A stretch of 64,000 nt of DNA from positions 65,149 to 129,148 of the forward strand of contig CAVOIB010000001.1 in NCBI GenBank assembly GCA_963695975.1. Reading direction: 5' to 3'. Positions within the stretch are counted from its first letter, which is position 1, and the number at the start of each line of letters is the position of its first letter. Position numbers and translations under genes: made by a program. Below are positions 36,890 through 46,221 of this stretch, piece after piece. The stretch comes from an uncultured Actinomycetes bacterium (GTDB taxonomy: Bacteria; Actinomycetota; UBA4738; HRBIN12). A model generated the notes under the pieces. The model was not told the DNA's origin. It did no database searches and saw only the letters and a program-made list of their open reading frames with translations.

Positions 36890-37689
36890 TGGGGGACCGT
36901 CGCACCGTCTTGATCACGGGCGCGTCGGGCGGGTTCGGCGCGGAGTTCGCGCGTCTGTTCGCACGGGACGGGTTCGACCGCGTGCTCGTCGCACGGAGCG
37001 GCGCGGCTATGGAGGATCTCGCTCAGGTCTTGGACGGGAAGTTCGGCGGCACCACGACGGTCCTGCCGAAGGACCTTTCGCACCCGCACGCTGCGGGCGA
37101 TCTGGTCGACAACCTCCACCAGCGCGGCATGGCGGTCGACGCGTTGGTGAACAACGCGGGATTCGCCCAGTACGGACCGTTCGCCGAGGCGGAGCCGGAC
37201 GAGCTCGTCGACATGCTGCAGGTGAACGTCGTGGCCCTGACCGAGCTCACGCGCGCGCTCCTCCCTGGCATGGTCGAACGGGGGTGGGGGCGGATCGTGA
37301 ACCTCGGCTCCGTCGGGTCGTTCGCGCCCGCGCCCATGACCGGCGCCTACGCGGCGACCAAGGCGTTCGTGCTTTCGTTCTCGCTGGCGCTCGCCGAGGA
37401 GCTGAAGGGGACGGGTGTCACCGTGACGGCGCTCTGCCCGGGTCCCACCGAGACCGGGTTCCAGGCGCGCGCCGACATGGCGGACTCCTCGCTGATCGCC
37501 GGGCGGCGATTGGACCCGGCCGATGAAGTCGTCCGCGCCGGGTACGAGGCCATGAAGAAGGGCCGGCCCTACCTCGTCACGGGCGGCAGCAGCAAGCTCT
37601 TCGCGTTCGGGAGCCGGTTCCTGCCGCGAACGACCGCGTCGAAGATCGCCGGAAGGGCGCAACGGCGCACAACCGACGACGCCCGATAG
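36889..37689 (+). CDS. SDR-family oxidoreductase
   Basis: TGASGGFG Rossmann motif, NNAG, and a Y…K catalytic motif (YAATKAF). ATG overlaps the glnE stop (TGATG). Confidence 0.8.
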   Translation: MGDRRTVLITGASGGFGAEFARLFARDGFDRVLVARSGAAMEDLAQVLDGKFGGTTTVLPKDLSHPHAAGDLVDNLHQRGMAVDALVNNAGFAQYGPFAEAEPDELVDMLQVNVVALTELTRALLPGMVERGWGRIVNLGSVGSFAPAPMTGAYAATKAFVLSFSLALAEELKGTGVTVTALCPGPTETGFQARADMADSSLIAGRRLDPADEVVRAGYEAMKKGRPYLVTGGSSKLFAFGSRFLPRTTASKIAGRAQRRTTDDAR

Positions 37690-37746
37690 CGGCGATCGCC
37701 GGATCCGGCTCAACCCCGAGCCCCGTTCCTGCCGATAGCTCTCGGC

Positions 37747-38037
37747 ATGAAGGTGAAGGTCACCCCAGAGGCACGTTCCTACATCCGCGAACGCGGCGGG
37801 CTGCTGTTCGTGTGGGTGGTGCGCGGGGGTGCGCTACGCGGTGCGCTGCGCTTGTTGCGCGTCTCCACCGAGCCGCCGCCCGACGCGCTCGAGTGGCAGC
37901 GCGTCGAGACCAAGGGGCTCTTGATCTTCCTCCCGCCCGCGCTCCGGCCCCCGCAGGAGCTGCACATCGAGGTCCGTGGCCGGCTGCGTCGTCGCCGGAT
38001 CGAGGCCTTCTGGAACGGCTGCGCGTTCATCTCGTAG
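37747..38037 (+). CDS. hypothetical small protein
   Basis: 96-aa ORF with an ATG start (MKVKVTPEARSYIRERGGLLFVWV…GCAFIS). No family recognised. Confidence 0.3.
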   Translation: MKVKVTPEARSYIRERGGLLFVWVVRGGALRGALRLLRVSTEPPPDALEWQRVETKGLLIFLPPALRPPQELHIEVRGRLRRRRIEAFWNGCAFIS

Positions 38038-38041
38038 CGCG

Positions 38042-38938
38042 CTACAGCTGGTCGATCGGGTGGATCTCGGCGCGCGGACCGTACTTCGGCGCGCTGATGT
38101 GACCCGCGTCCAGCAGGACCTGCACACGGCCCCGGTGTCCACGGTAGGGCTCGAGCAATTCGAGCATCCGGCCGTCGTCGCCGCGATCTTCCCCCGCGAG
38201 CGCCCAGCAGACGGTGTTCGGCAGGTGGAAGTCGCCGACCGACACCGCGTCGGCGTCGCCGAGCGCAATGCGGGCGACCTCGGCCACGGTCCACGGCCCG
38301 ATCCCTGGGAGCGCGCCCAGACGCGCCCTCGCCATGTCGAGGGGCAGCCCCGCGGCGGCCTCGAGCCGCGCGGCCTGCGCGCATGCGGCTCGGACCGTCT
38401 CGGCCCGCCGCCGCTCGACCCCCCACGGGTGGAACGCGAAATACGGCGTCTCGGCCGTGAGATCGGGATCGGGAGGCAGGTAGAGACCGGCGTCGCCGGG
38501 AGCGGGGGCGCTCGTCGACATCACCAGCCGACGATAAGCGCGCCGCGCCTCGTGGCCGGTGACCTTCTGCTCCAGGATCGTCGGGATCAGGACCTGCATG
38601 ACGCCGCCGGTGCGCGTGATGCGGACGCCCTTGTGGTCACGCCACAGCTTCTCGATCACGTCGTGCTGCGGCTCGAAGCCGGAGGCGTCGTCGTCGGCGC
38701 CGATCATGCCGGGCGTACGCTCGAGCGCCCAGCCGGCACCGGGTCCCCACGCCTCGGCCCGGACGTCGTGCCCGAACGAGCGCACGTGGACGGTGGCGGG
38801 CCCGTCGGGCGTGCGCATGGCGCGCCAAGCCTCGCCCGAGCCGACCCGCATCGTCGGATCCCCTGCGCCGCGACACAGAGGGGAGAGGGTGCCCGCGAGG
38901 TCGATCGGGAAGTCGGTCGCGATCGAGCGCTGTGGCAC
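38042..38938 (-). CDS. DNA-3-methyladenine glycosylase II (AlkA-like) HhH-GPD family
   Basis: HhH-GPD motif LPGIGPWTVAEVARIALGDADAVSVGD. Confidence 0.7.
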   Translation of the reverse strand: MPQRSIATDFPIDLAGTLSPLCRGAGDPTMRVGSGEAWRAMRTPDGPATVHVRSFGHDVRAEAWGPGAGWALERTPGMIGADDDASGFEPQHDVIEKLWRDHKGVRITRTGGVMQVLIPTILEQKVTGHEARRAYRRLVMSTSAPAPGDAGLYLPPDPDLTAETPYFAFHPWGVERRRAETVRAACAQAARLEAAAGLPLDMARARLGALPGIGPWTVAEVARIALGDADAVSVGDFHLPNTVCWALAGEDRGDDGRMLELLEPYRGHRGRVQVLLDAGHISAPKYGPRAEIHPIDQL

Positions 38939-38947
38939 CTAACCCCT

Positions 38948-39289
38948 TCAGTGGACGACGATCTTCCCGCACATCCCCTCGCACTGATCGTTCACGAGCG
39001 TCGAGTGGATGGTGCATCGGTAACGGTATACGCCGGCGTGCCCGAACCGCCGCGTGACCGACGCTCCCTCAGCCAGATCGGAACGCCGCGCGATCAGCCC
39101 GCGCTCACTCCGGTCTAGGCCGTGCCGAGCACCGCGTTCACCAGCTCCCGAGCTTCGTCGAGCCGTTCGCGATCGACGAAGAGCTCGACGCCCAGCTGCC
39201 AAACCCGGCTGAGCATGCCGGGCTCCTTCGACCACCACACGATCCCATGGGTCGAGAGCTGCTCGGCGATCAGGTCTGCGTGTTCCCAC
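38948..39289 (-). CDS. cupredoxin-like C-terminal segment, paralogous to the 26030..26422 C-terminus; possibly a fragment
   Basis: C-terminus YRYRCTIHSTLVNDQCEGMCGKIVVH aligns to FKFRCTFHSSLVGNSCTGMCGKVVV. The N-terminal two-thirds of the ORF are not cupredoxin-like and overlap ORF 39115..39498. Confidence 0.3.
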   Translation of the reverse strand: MGTRRPDRRAALDPWDRVVVEGARHAQPGLAAGRRALRRSRTARRSSGAGERGARHGLDRSERGLIARRSDLAEGASVTRRFGHAGVYRYRCTIHSTLVNDQCEGMCGKIVVH

Positions 39290-39498
39290 GAGAACTCGCC
39301 GAGGTGAACCGTCCGAACGTCGGGCGGCACGTGCTGGAGCCCTGGCATAAGGCGATGGTACCGGCCGCGGGTCTGACCAGTGCGCCCTGGCGATCGGCTG
39401 GCGTAGCCTGGTTCGGTGAGCAGGTCGGACCCGTTCGCCATCCGGGACGCCATGGAGCCGCTCGTTGGGTGGCGGGTCCTGTTCTTCGGGACGTTCAT
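39115..39498 (-). CDS. hypothetical protein, DUF2007-like (putative signal-transducing protein fold)
   Basis: …VHLGEFSWEHADLIAEQLSTHGIVWWSK…VELFVDRERLDEARELV… This is a tentative family match. It overlaps the cupredoxin-like ORF in another frame. Confidence 0.3.
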   Translation of the reverse strand: MNVPKNRTRHPTSGSMASRMANGSDLLTEPGYASRSPGRTGQTRGRYHRLMPGLQHVPPDVRTVHLGEFSWEHADLIAEQLSTHGIVWWSKEPGMLSRVWQLGVELFVDRERLDEARELVNAVLGTA

Positions 39499-39536
39499 GG
39501 CGCTGGTCGCGCTGGCGATGTCGGTCCGGTGACGCG

Positions 39537-40520
39537 ATGCGCGCGCTGGTGCTCGACTCGCCTGGGCTCTCCCTGTCGCTGATCGACGTTGAACCGCGAG
39601 CGCCGGGCGTCGGCGAGGTCCGTCTGCGGGTGACCGTCTGCGGCGTCTGCCGGACCGATCTGCACGTCGTCGACGGCGACCTCCCCGACCCGAAACTGCC
39701 GTTGATCCTCGGTCATCAGATCGTCGGCGTCGTCGAAGCGCTCGGCCCGGGGGTGACCGACCTCGCGGTCGGCGACCGGGTCGGCGTTCCGTGGCTCGGT
39801 TGGACGTGCGGCGAGTGCGGCTACTGCACGAGCGGCCGCGAGAACCTCTGCCGACGAGCGCGGTTCACCGGGTATCAGATCGACGGCGGCTACGCCGAGA
39901 CCGTGGTCGCCGACTCGCGGTTCTGCCTGCCGCTCCCGGAGGGGTACCCGGATCTGCAGGTCGCGCCGCTCCTGTGCGCCGGGTTGATCGGATGGCGCTG
40001 TCTGAAGATGGTCGGCGAGGCCGAGCGCCTCGGGATCTACGGGTTCGGCGCCGCGGCGCACATCGTGACGCAGGTCGCGCGCTGGCAGGGCCGGCGGGTG
40101 TTCGCGTTCACGAAGCCCGCCGATACCGAAGCGCAGGTGTTCGCGCGCGAGGTCGGCGCGGAGTGGGCGGGCGGCTCGGACGAGCATCCGCCCGAGGAGC
40201 TGGATGGCGCGATCCTGTTCGCGCCGGCCGGAGAGCTGGTGCCGGCGGCGCTCGCGGCCACGGCGCCCGGCGGAACCGTCGTCTGCGGCGAGATCCATAT
40301 GAGCGACATCCCGTCGTTCCCCTACGACCTGCTGTGGGGCGAGCGTCAGCTGCGGAGCGTCGCGAACCTCACGCGGGCGGACGGCGCGGAGTTCATGGCA
40401 CTCGCGCCCCAGGTCCCGGTTCGCACCACCGTGACGCCATATCCGTTGGATCGAGCGAACGACGCGTTGGACGCGCTCCGTTCGGGGACGGTGGAGGGGG
40501 CCCTCGCGCTCGTGGTGTAG
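39537..40520 (+). CDS. zinc-dependent alcohol dehydrogenase (MDR family)
   Basis: GHQIVGVVEALG, structural-Zn Cys cluster CGECGYCTSGRENLC, and GxGxxG (GFGAAAH). Confidence 0.85.
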   Translation: MRALVLDSPGLSLSLIDVEPRAPGVGEVRLRVTVCGVCRTDLHVVDGDLPDPKLPLILGHQIVGVVEALGPGVTDLAVGDRVGVPWLGWTCGECGYCTSGRENLCRRARFTGYQIDGGYAETVVADSRFCLPLPEGYPDLQVAPLLCAGLIGWRCLKMVGEAERLGIYGFGAAAHIVTQVARWQGRRVFAFTKPADTEAQVFAREVGAEWAGGSDEHPPEELDGAILFAPAGELVPAALAATAPGGTVVCGEIHMSDIPSFPYDLLWGERQLRSVANLTRADGAEFMALAPQVPVRTTVTPYPLDRANDALDALRSGTVEGALALVV

Positions 40521-40571
40521 TCGTCCCCCTCGCTCCGGTCGCATGATGGAGTCGAGGGAGGCGCATCCGAG

Positions 40572-41654
40572 ATGCGGGACGACGGGAGCCACCCGACCAC
40601 GTATTGGCATGAGCTGGATGACGGGCGGATCCAGTGCGATCTGTGTCCTCGTTTCTGTCGCCTGCATGAGGGCCAGCGCGGGTTCTGTTTCGTCCGCGCC
40701 CGCGAGGACGACGCGATCGTCCTCACGACCTACGGCCGGTCGAGCGGGTTCTGCGTGGATCCGATCGAGAAGAAGCCGCTGAACCACTTCCTGCCGGGGA
40801 CGCCGGTGCTCTCGTTCGGCACGGCGGGCTGCAACCTGGGCTGCCGGTTCTGTCAGAACTGGGACATCTCGAAGTCCCGCGAGATCGACACGCTCGCAGA
40901 CCGTGCCTCGCCGGAGCAGATCGCCCGGACGGCGGCCGACCTGGGCTGTCGGAGCGTCGCCTTCACGTACAACGACCCGGTGATCTTCATGGAGTACGCG
41001 GTCGACGTGGCCGATGCCTGCCACGAGCTTGGGATCAAGACCGTGGCGGTGACGGCCGGCTACATCTGCGCCGACCCTCGGGCCGAGTTCTACCGGCACA
41101 TGGACGCGGCGAACGTCGACCTCAAGGGGTTCACCGACGACTTCTACTACCGGATCTGCGCCGGTCACCTGGCGCCGGTGCTCGAAACCCTCGAGTACCT
41201 GAAGCACGAGACCAACGTGTGGTTCGAGATCACGAACCTGCTGATCCCGGGGCTGAACGACTCCGACGACGAGGTCGGCGCGATGACGCGCTGGGTGGTC
41301 GAACACCTTGGACCCGACGTCCCGATGCACTTCACCGCGTTCCACCCCGACTACAAGATGCTCGACCGGCCGCCGACGCCGCCCGAGACGCTCACACGGG
41401 CACGCGCGATCGCGCTTCAGAACGGCGTCCGGTACGCCTACACGGGCAACGTCTCGGACGTCGAGGGCCAGAGCACCTACTGCCACGCGTGCGACGCGGT
41501 CTTGATCGAACGTGACTGGTATGAGCTGGGCGCGTGGAACCTCACCGACGACGGGCGGTGCTCGAGGTGCGCGGAGCGATGCGCCGGGGTGTTCGAGGGG
41601 CACGCCGGTTCCTGGGGGAGCCGCCGCTTGCCGGTCAGGATGGCGGCCCGATGA
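40572..41654 (+). CDS. AmmeMemoRadiSam-system radical SAM enzyme
   Basis: CNLGCRFCQNW CxxxCxxC motif. Family-typical length and context (Memo-like gene immediately downstream). Confidence 0.8.
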   Translation: MRDDGSHPTTYWHELDDGRIQCDLCPRFCRLHEGQRGFCFVRAREDDAIVLTTYGRSSGFCVDPIEKKPLNHFLPGTPVLSFGTAGCNLGCRFCQNWDISKSREIDTLADRASPEQIARTAADLGCRSVAFTYNDPVIFMEYAVDVADACHELGIKTVAVTAGYICADPRAEFYRHMDAANVDLKGFTDDFYYRICAGHLAPVLETLEYLKHETNVWFEITNLLIPGLNDSDDEVGAMTRWVVEHLGPDVPMHFTAFHPDYKMLDRPPTPPETLTRARAIALQNGVRYAYTGNVSDVEGQSTYCHACDAVLIERDWYELGAWNLTDDGRCSRCAERCAGVFEGHAGSWGSRRLPVRMAAR

Positions 41655-42451
41655 AGACCGGCCGTGTTCGGATGCCCGTGGCGGCCGGCACGTTCTACCC
41701 CGGCCATCGAGCGGAGTTGGCGGGCGTGGTCGGTCGGCTGCTCGCGGGGGCCGCGCGCCCCGGGGTCGAGGAGCCGGTTCCGGCGGCGGTGATCGTGCCG
41801 CACGCGGGATACCGGTACTCGGGTCCTGTCGCCGCATCGGCGTATGCGCTCCTGCGGCCGGTTCCGCGTGTGATCCTCCTCGGTCCCGCGCATTTCGTCC
41901 CGCTCTTCGGTTGCGCGGTGCCGGCCGCGGCAGCCTGGGCTTCGCCGCTCGGCGAGGTGCCGATCGATCCGGAACTGCGGGACGAGGCGGCCGCGAGCGG
42001 TGCCGTCGTCGACGACGAGCCGCACGAGCCGGAGCATTCGCTGGAGGTCCAGCTGCCGTTCCTCCAGATGTGCATGCACGAGGGGTTCACCGTGTTGCCG
42101 GTGGCGGTCGGCGAGAGCGAGCCCGGCGAGGTGGCGAGCCTGATCGAGACGCTGGGGAGTCCCGCCGACCGGCTGGTCGTGGTGAGCACCGACCTCAGCC
42201 ACTATCTCGATGCCGCGACTGCTCGGAGGCTCGACCGTCGGACCGCCGACGCTGTGCTGACCCGCGATGTCGGTGCGATCGGACCCGGCGACGCCTGCGG
42301 CGTGTTCGCGCTGCGTGGAGCGATCGAGTACGCACGCCGGAACGACCTGGAGATCCGGCTCCTCGACCTGCGGAACTCCGCCGATACGGCGGGGGATCCG
42401 TCGCGGGTCGTGGGTTACGGGGCGTTCGCGCTCTCCGCCTGGCCGAGTTGA
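41651..42451 (+). CDS. Memo-like protein (AmmeMemoRadiSam system protein B)
   Basis: AAGTFYPG N-terminal motif and His-rich metal site. ATG overlaps the radical SAM stop (ATGA). Confidence 0.8.
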   Translation: MKTGRVRMPVAAGTFYPGHRAELAGVVGRLLAGAARPGVEEPVPAAVIVPHAGYRYSGPVAASAYALLRPVPRVILLGPAHFVPLFGCAVPAAAAWASPLGEVPIDPELRDEAAASGAVVDDEPHEPEHSLEVQLPFLQMCMHEGFTVLPVAVGESEPGEVASLIETLGSPADRLVVVSTDLSHYLDAATARRLDRRTADAVLTRDVGAIGPGDACGVFALRGAIEYARRNDLEIRLLDLRNSADTAGDPSRVVGYGAFALSAWPS

Positions 42452-42469
42452 CCCTCCGTCGAGCTGCCG

Positions 42470-43339
42470 TTGATGATGGCTGGCATGGAGTTGTCAGCCA
42501 AGAACTTCGACGAGCCGGACGAGACCATCGAGCTTCCCGGCCTCCTCGAGGAGGTCGTCGAGGTCGGTGGGTTCGTGGTTGGGCGCGAGGTGGTCGCCCC
42601 CGGATGGCGCTGGTCCAAGGACACGAAGCCCGTGGTGGGAGGTGAGTGGTGCGAGGCTCATCACGTGGGGTTCACCATGTCGGGGCGATGGGGTGTGGCG
42701 TTGAAGGATGGAAGGACCCTCGACTTCCGCCCGGGCGACGTCTTCGACGTCCCGGCCGGTCACGACAGCTGGACCATCGGGGACGAACCCTGCGTCACAT
42801 TGAACTGGACCGGCCTGAGGCGGTTCTTCGCCACCAAGGCCCTACTCCCGGAGAGGTTCCTCGCGACGATCCTCTTCACCGACATCGTTGGATCCACTGC
42901 CAAGGCCTCCGAGCTCGGCGACACCGTGTGGACGAAGCTGCTCGCCGAATACGAACAGGACGTCCGGGGCGAGCTGGAACGCGCTCACGGTCGGGAGGTG
43001 AAGAACACCGGCGACGGCGTGCTCGCGGTCTTCGAGGGTCCCGCCTCCGCCGTCCGATGCGCCGCCGCGATCAGGATCGCGGCGAACAAGCAGGGACTTC
43101 AGATCCGTGCCGGGATCCACGTGGGCGAGGTCGAGTCCTCGGGCAGCGACATCCGTGGAATCGCGGTCCACGAGGCCTCGCGCGTGATGGCTGCCTCGAA
43201 CCCCGACGAGATCCTGGTCTCAGAGATCACCCGGGCGTTGGCGGCGCAGACCGGCTTGGTCTTCGAGGACCGCGGCTCTCATGAGCTCAAAGGCTTGGGT
43301 GGGTCGCAGCACCTGTACGCGTTCCTGGGCGCCGAGTAG
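42470..43339 (+). CDS. cupin domain fused to a class III adenylate/guanylate cyclase catalytic domain
   Basis: N-terminal cupin-like beta-barrel region; C-terminal ILFTDIVGST…GDGVLAVFEGP…IRAGIHVGEVE… CHD motifs. Confidence 0.75.
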   Translation: MMMAGMELSAKNFDEPDETIELPGLLEEVVEVGGFVVGREVVAPGWRWSKDTKPVVGGEWCEAHHVGFTMSGRWGVALKDGRTLDFRPGDVFDVPAGHDSWTIGDEPCVTLNWTGLRRFFATKALLPERFLATILFTDIVGSTAKASELGDTVWTKLLAEYEQDVRGELERAHGREVKNTGDGVLAVFEGPASAVRCAAAIRIAANKQGLQIRAGIHVGEVESSGSDIRGIAVHEASRVMAASNPDEILVSEITRALAAQTGLVFEDRGSHELKGLGGSQHLYAFLGAE

Positions 43340-43428
43340 AGCGTCCGCGAAGTTCAGGTACTTCAGTCCCCGAGTTCCTTAGTGCACATGTAAACGATCT
43401 TGGGCTGTGCACGCTCTGTACGCGCGAG

Positions 43429-43986
43429 ATGGCGATGCATGAGCCTAGAGTGCGCGACGTGGAGGGGCACCCGCGGTCGCGGGAGGTGGGGTCTTCCGAG
43501 GTGGAGCGGCCACCGGCCGCAGCCAATGACCTGGAGGCGTTGTTCCGCGACGCCGGGCCGGAGCTGTGGCGAGCGATCTACGGGTTCACGGGCGGTCGCC
43601 GGCAGTTGGCGGAAGACGCTGTCGCCGAGGCGTTCGCCCGCGCGATCGAGCACGCGGACGGGATCCGCGAGCCGCTCGCATGGATCTACAGGACGACGTT
43701 CCGGCTTGCCACCCGCGAGCTTCAGCGCGAGAAGCGCCAGCCGCCGCTGCTGCCCGACCCGGCCCCGGGGATCGATCCGTTCGATGTCAAGGAGATCCTC
43801 GGGGCGCTCGCGCACCTTTCGCCGAACCAGCGCGCCGCGGTGCTGCTGCATGACGAGGAGGGCTTCACCGGTCCGGAGGTGGGACGGCTCTTGGGGATGT
43901 CGGCCGCAACCGTTCGCGTCCATCTGTTCCGGGGACGCAGGCGCCTGCGAGCGCTGCTGAGCACCGAGGAGGACTCCGATGGATGA
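43429..43986 (+). CDS. ECF sigma factor
   Basis: Region 2 (…AEAFARAIEHADGIREPLAWIYRTTFRLA) and region 4 (LSPNQRAAVLLHDEEGFTGPEVGRLLGMSAATVRVHLFRGRRRL). Confidence 0.75.
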   Translation: MAMHEPRVRDVEGHPRSREVGSSEVERPPAAANDLEALFRDAGPELWRAIYGFTGGRRQLAEDAVAEAFARAIEHADGIREPLAWIYRTTFRLATRELQREKRQPPLLPDPAPGIDPFDVKEILGALAHLSPNQRAAVLLHDEEGFTGPEVGRLLGMSAATVRVHLFRGRRRLRALLSTEEDSDG

Positions 43987-45001
43987 CCGCTACCGCCGAG
44001 AACTGACGAAGCTGCACGGCGCGCGGCTCCCCGACGACCTGTGGGACCGCGTTCAGGAGGGTCCGCGACTGGCGCCCCTCGCGCCACGCAACCGGACGAG
44101 GGTGACGGCCGCGGTGGTGGCCTTCGCGGTCTTCGGGCTCGCGGCGTTCTTCATGTGGAAGGCGTTCACCGAAGCGGCGCCCGTGTCCACGCCCGCCGGT
44201 TCGAACGTCGTGACGGTTCCCCCGCGCGGCGAGACGTCGCCGGTGTTCCTGGCCGACGGGCGTCCGGTGTTCGTCGTGCATCACCTCGACGGCATGGTGT
44301 CGGTCGTGGATGGGTTCTCGAGCCACCGCGCCTGGGGGGTCGAGGAACTGATCGTGTGGTGCCCGTCGACGCGCGAGTTCGTAGAGGCCGCGCACGAGGC
44401 GCGCTTCGACGAGTACGGGGAGTTCGCCTCGCCCCCGGCGTCCGGCGGTGTGGCGACGTTCGCGTTCCAGGTCATGGAGACCGACCCGGTCGGCGACCCC
44501 AGCTCGATCGTGGTCGGCGCGATGCGCGACGGCACGCCGGGTGGCGGGAACTCGGGTCCCGACCGGCCGCCGCTCTGCCCCCCGGGTGGCGTGGTCGGCG
44601 ACGCCGATCTGATCAAGGTCACCGGCGGGTACTCGGGCGATACCGCGATGGTCGTGGGGCACCAGGTCGATCCGGATCAGGTCTGGGATACCCCAGCCGA
44701 AGTCGTCGCGGCCGCCCCGACGGGATGGGCGCTCGTGTGGGCGACGATGGACGTCGATCGGGACGGGTTCGTCCAGCTCTGCGCGCAGGTCGTCGACGAC
44801 CGGTGCGAGGGCGGCGTGGTGGTCCGTGGGGTAGACGGCGTCGGGCTGATGGTCAACGTGACCCGGTTCGACTGGGTGTCGGGCTACGAGGAGCCGCAGG
44901 TGTGGCTGGTCCAGATCCGCGACGGCGTGATCGACAACCCGGCGGGTTTCGGCGGCATCCTCGAGCCGTGGCCCGACCGAGCGTCCGCGACCGCACCGTG
45001 A
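43979..45001 (+). CDS. putative anti-sigma factor / single-pass membrane protein; overlaps the sigma gene stop
   Basis: Short cytoplasmic N-terminus, one TM helix (VTAAVVAFAVFGLAAFFMW), and a large extracytoplasmic domain with 4 Cys. 8-nt overlap with the sigma gene. Confidence 0.5.
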   Translation: MDDRYRRELTKLHGARLPDDLWDRVQEGPRLAPLAPRNRTRVTAAVVAFAVFGLAAFFMWKAFTEAAPVSTPAGSNVVTVPPRGETSPVFLADGRPVFVVHHLDGMVSVVDGFSSHRAWGVEELIVWCPSTREFVEAAHEARFDEYGEFASPPASGGVATFAFQVMETDPVGDPSSIVVGAMRDGTPGGGNSGPDRPPLCPPGGVVGDADLIKVTGGYSGDTAMVVGHQVDPDQVWDTPAEVVAAAPTGWALVWATMDVDRDGFVQLCAQVVDDRCEGGVVVRGVDGVGLMVNVTRFDWVSGYEEPQVWLVQIRDGVIDNPAGFGGILEPWPDRASATAP

Positions 45002-45025
45002 TGGGCTGTCGGTAGAGTCAACTCG

Positions 45026-45448
45026 ATGGATCAACGAGTAAGTCTGATCACGCTCGGCGTGAGAGACGTGGCTATCGCGAGGGGGTTCTACGAACGGCTC
45101 GGCTGGCGGGTCGGGCTCGATGTGGAAGAGACGGTCTTCTTCCAGACGGGTGGCTCGATCGTCGCGTTGTGGGGCCGGGACAAGCTTGAAGCGGATAGTG
45201 GCGTCATCGACGGTGGATCGTGGGGTGGGATCACGCTCGCGCACAACGTTCGCTCGCGCGAAGAGGTCGACCGCGTCATCGAGGAGGCGCGGGTGGCCGG
45301 TGCGCGGATCGGTCGGGAGCCGGCGGAAACCTTCTACGGGGGATATGCAGGCGTATTCGTCGACCTGGACGGCCATCCTTGGGAGGTCGCCCACAACCCC
45401 GGTTTCGAACTGCGAGGCGACGGAACCATCAGCCTCCCGCAAGGCTGA
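45026..45448 (+). CDS. VOC-family (glyoxalase / bleomycin-resistance fold) protein
   Basis: Paired beta-alpha-beta-beta-beta modules (ITLGVRDVAIARGFYERLGW…GHPWEV). Confidence 0.7.
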   Translation: MDQRVSLITLGVRDVAIARGFYERLGWRVGLDVEETVFFQTGGSIVALWGRDKLEADSGVIDGGSWGGITLAHNVRSREEVDRVIEEARVAGARIGREPAETFYGGYAGVFVDLDGHPWEVAHNPGFELRGDGTISLPQG

Positions 45449-45600
45449 CGAGTTCGTCGAGGAGATCCGTGATCGGCCACGCTCCGTCGGACGTGTTCGA
45501 GATTACGGCACACGTGGTCGTAAAGGACCTGGTCGCGGCTGAGGCCGTGGCCTCGTCTTCGAAGACGCCGGCGAGCACGAGCTGAAGGGGCCCCGACCGG
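45449..45600 (-). pseudogene. remnant of the C-terminus of a beta-lactamase-family paralogue (duplicate of the 3' end of 46666..47655)
   Basis: About 70-nt, ~80% DNA identity (GAGGAGATCCGTGATCGGCCACGCTCCGTC…). Encodes …TTTCAVISNTSDGAWPITDLLDEL versus …TTTYTVISNWTDGAWPITDLLT. Confidence 0.4.
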
Positions 45601-45757
45601 TGGCACCTGTGCCGGTTGGTGAAGTAGGCCACTGCGCTTACGGGACATCAGAGGGGAAGGCCCACGCGGCCATATCGCGTCCGTCGGCCGGTTTGACATG
45701 GAACTGGGGAACGCATGAGGATGCCTCGCACGACTTCCTTTTATTGAGGGGGGCACT

Positions 45758-46036
45758 ATGCACGCGAGAATCGCCCATACAACAGTGGACCCGGACCAGT
45801 ATGAGACCGCCCGCAAGGTCCTGGAAACCGAAGTCCTCCCCCGTGTTCGGCAGATCCCAGGTGTGGTGGCGGGGTATTGGCTGGAGCCAGTCGACGGAAA
45901 GGGCCTGAACATCATCGTCTGCGAGAGCAAGGAAGTCGCGGCGATGCCTGTGCCGAACGCGCAGCCCGGGGAGAGTCCAGCCCCCGGCGTGACCGTCGAG
46001 AGCGTCGAGATCCGAGAGGTGATCGGCCAGATCTGA
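45758..46036 (+). CDS. small ABM/Dabb-like (stress-responsive alpha+beta barrel) protein
   Basis: 92 aa with an SD-like GAGGGGGG upstream. Tentative fold call. Confidence 0.45.
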   Translation: MHARIAHTTVDPDQYETARKVLETEVLPRVRQIPGVVAGYWLEPVDGKGLNIIVCESKEVAAMPVPNAQPGESPAPGVTVESVEIREVIGQI

Positions 46037-46221
46037 GCGGTGGCCGAGAAGCGCAGCCCGGATGCGGTCGACTCCCCCGTCCGCTTCTCAGAGATCGTCG
46101 TCGTCGTGCCTCGTTGACTTTGCCTCCGACGTGCAAGGAGTCACCCGGCCGCGTCGAGCTGGCCCGCGGTTGGCTACGATCGCGACACCGTCGGGACCGG
46201 TCGAGCTAAGGAGGGATCGGG

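Noticed and set aside
39495-41837. 780-aa minus-strand ORF
   Set aside because: It is antisense to three well-supported plus-strand genes (Zn-ADH, radical SAM, Memo-like). Its composition is Arg/Gly/Pro-rich and low-complexity. It is a typical spurious open frame in about 70% GC DNA.
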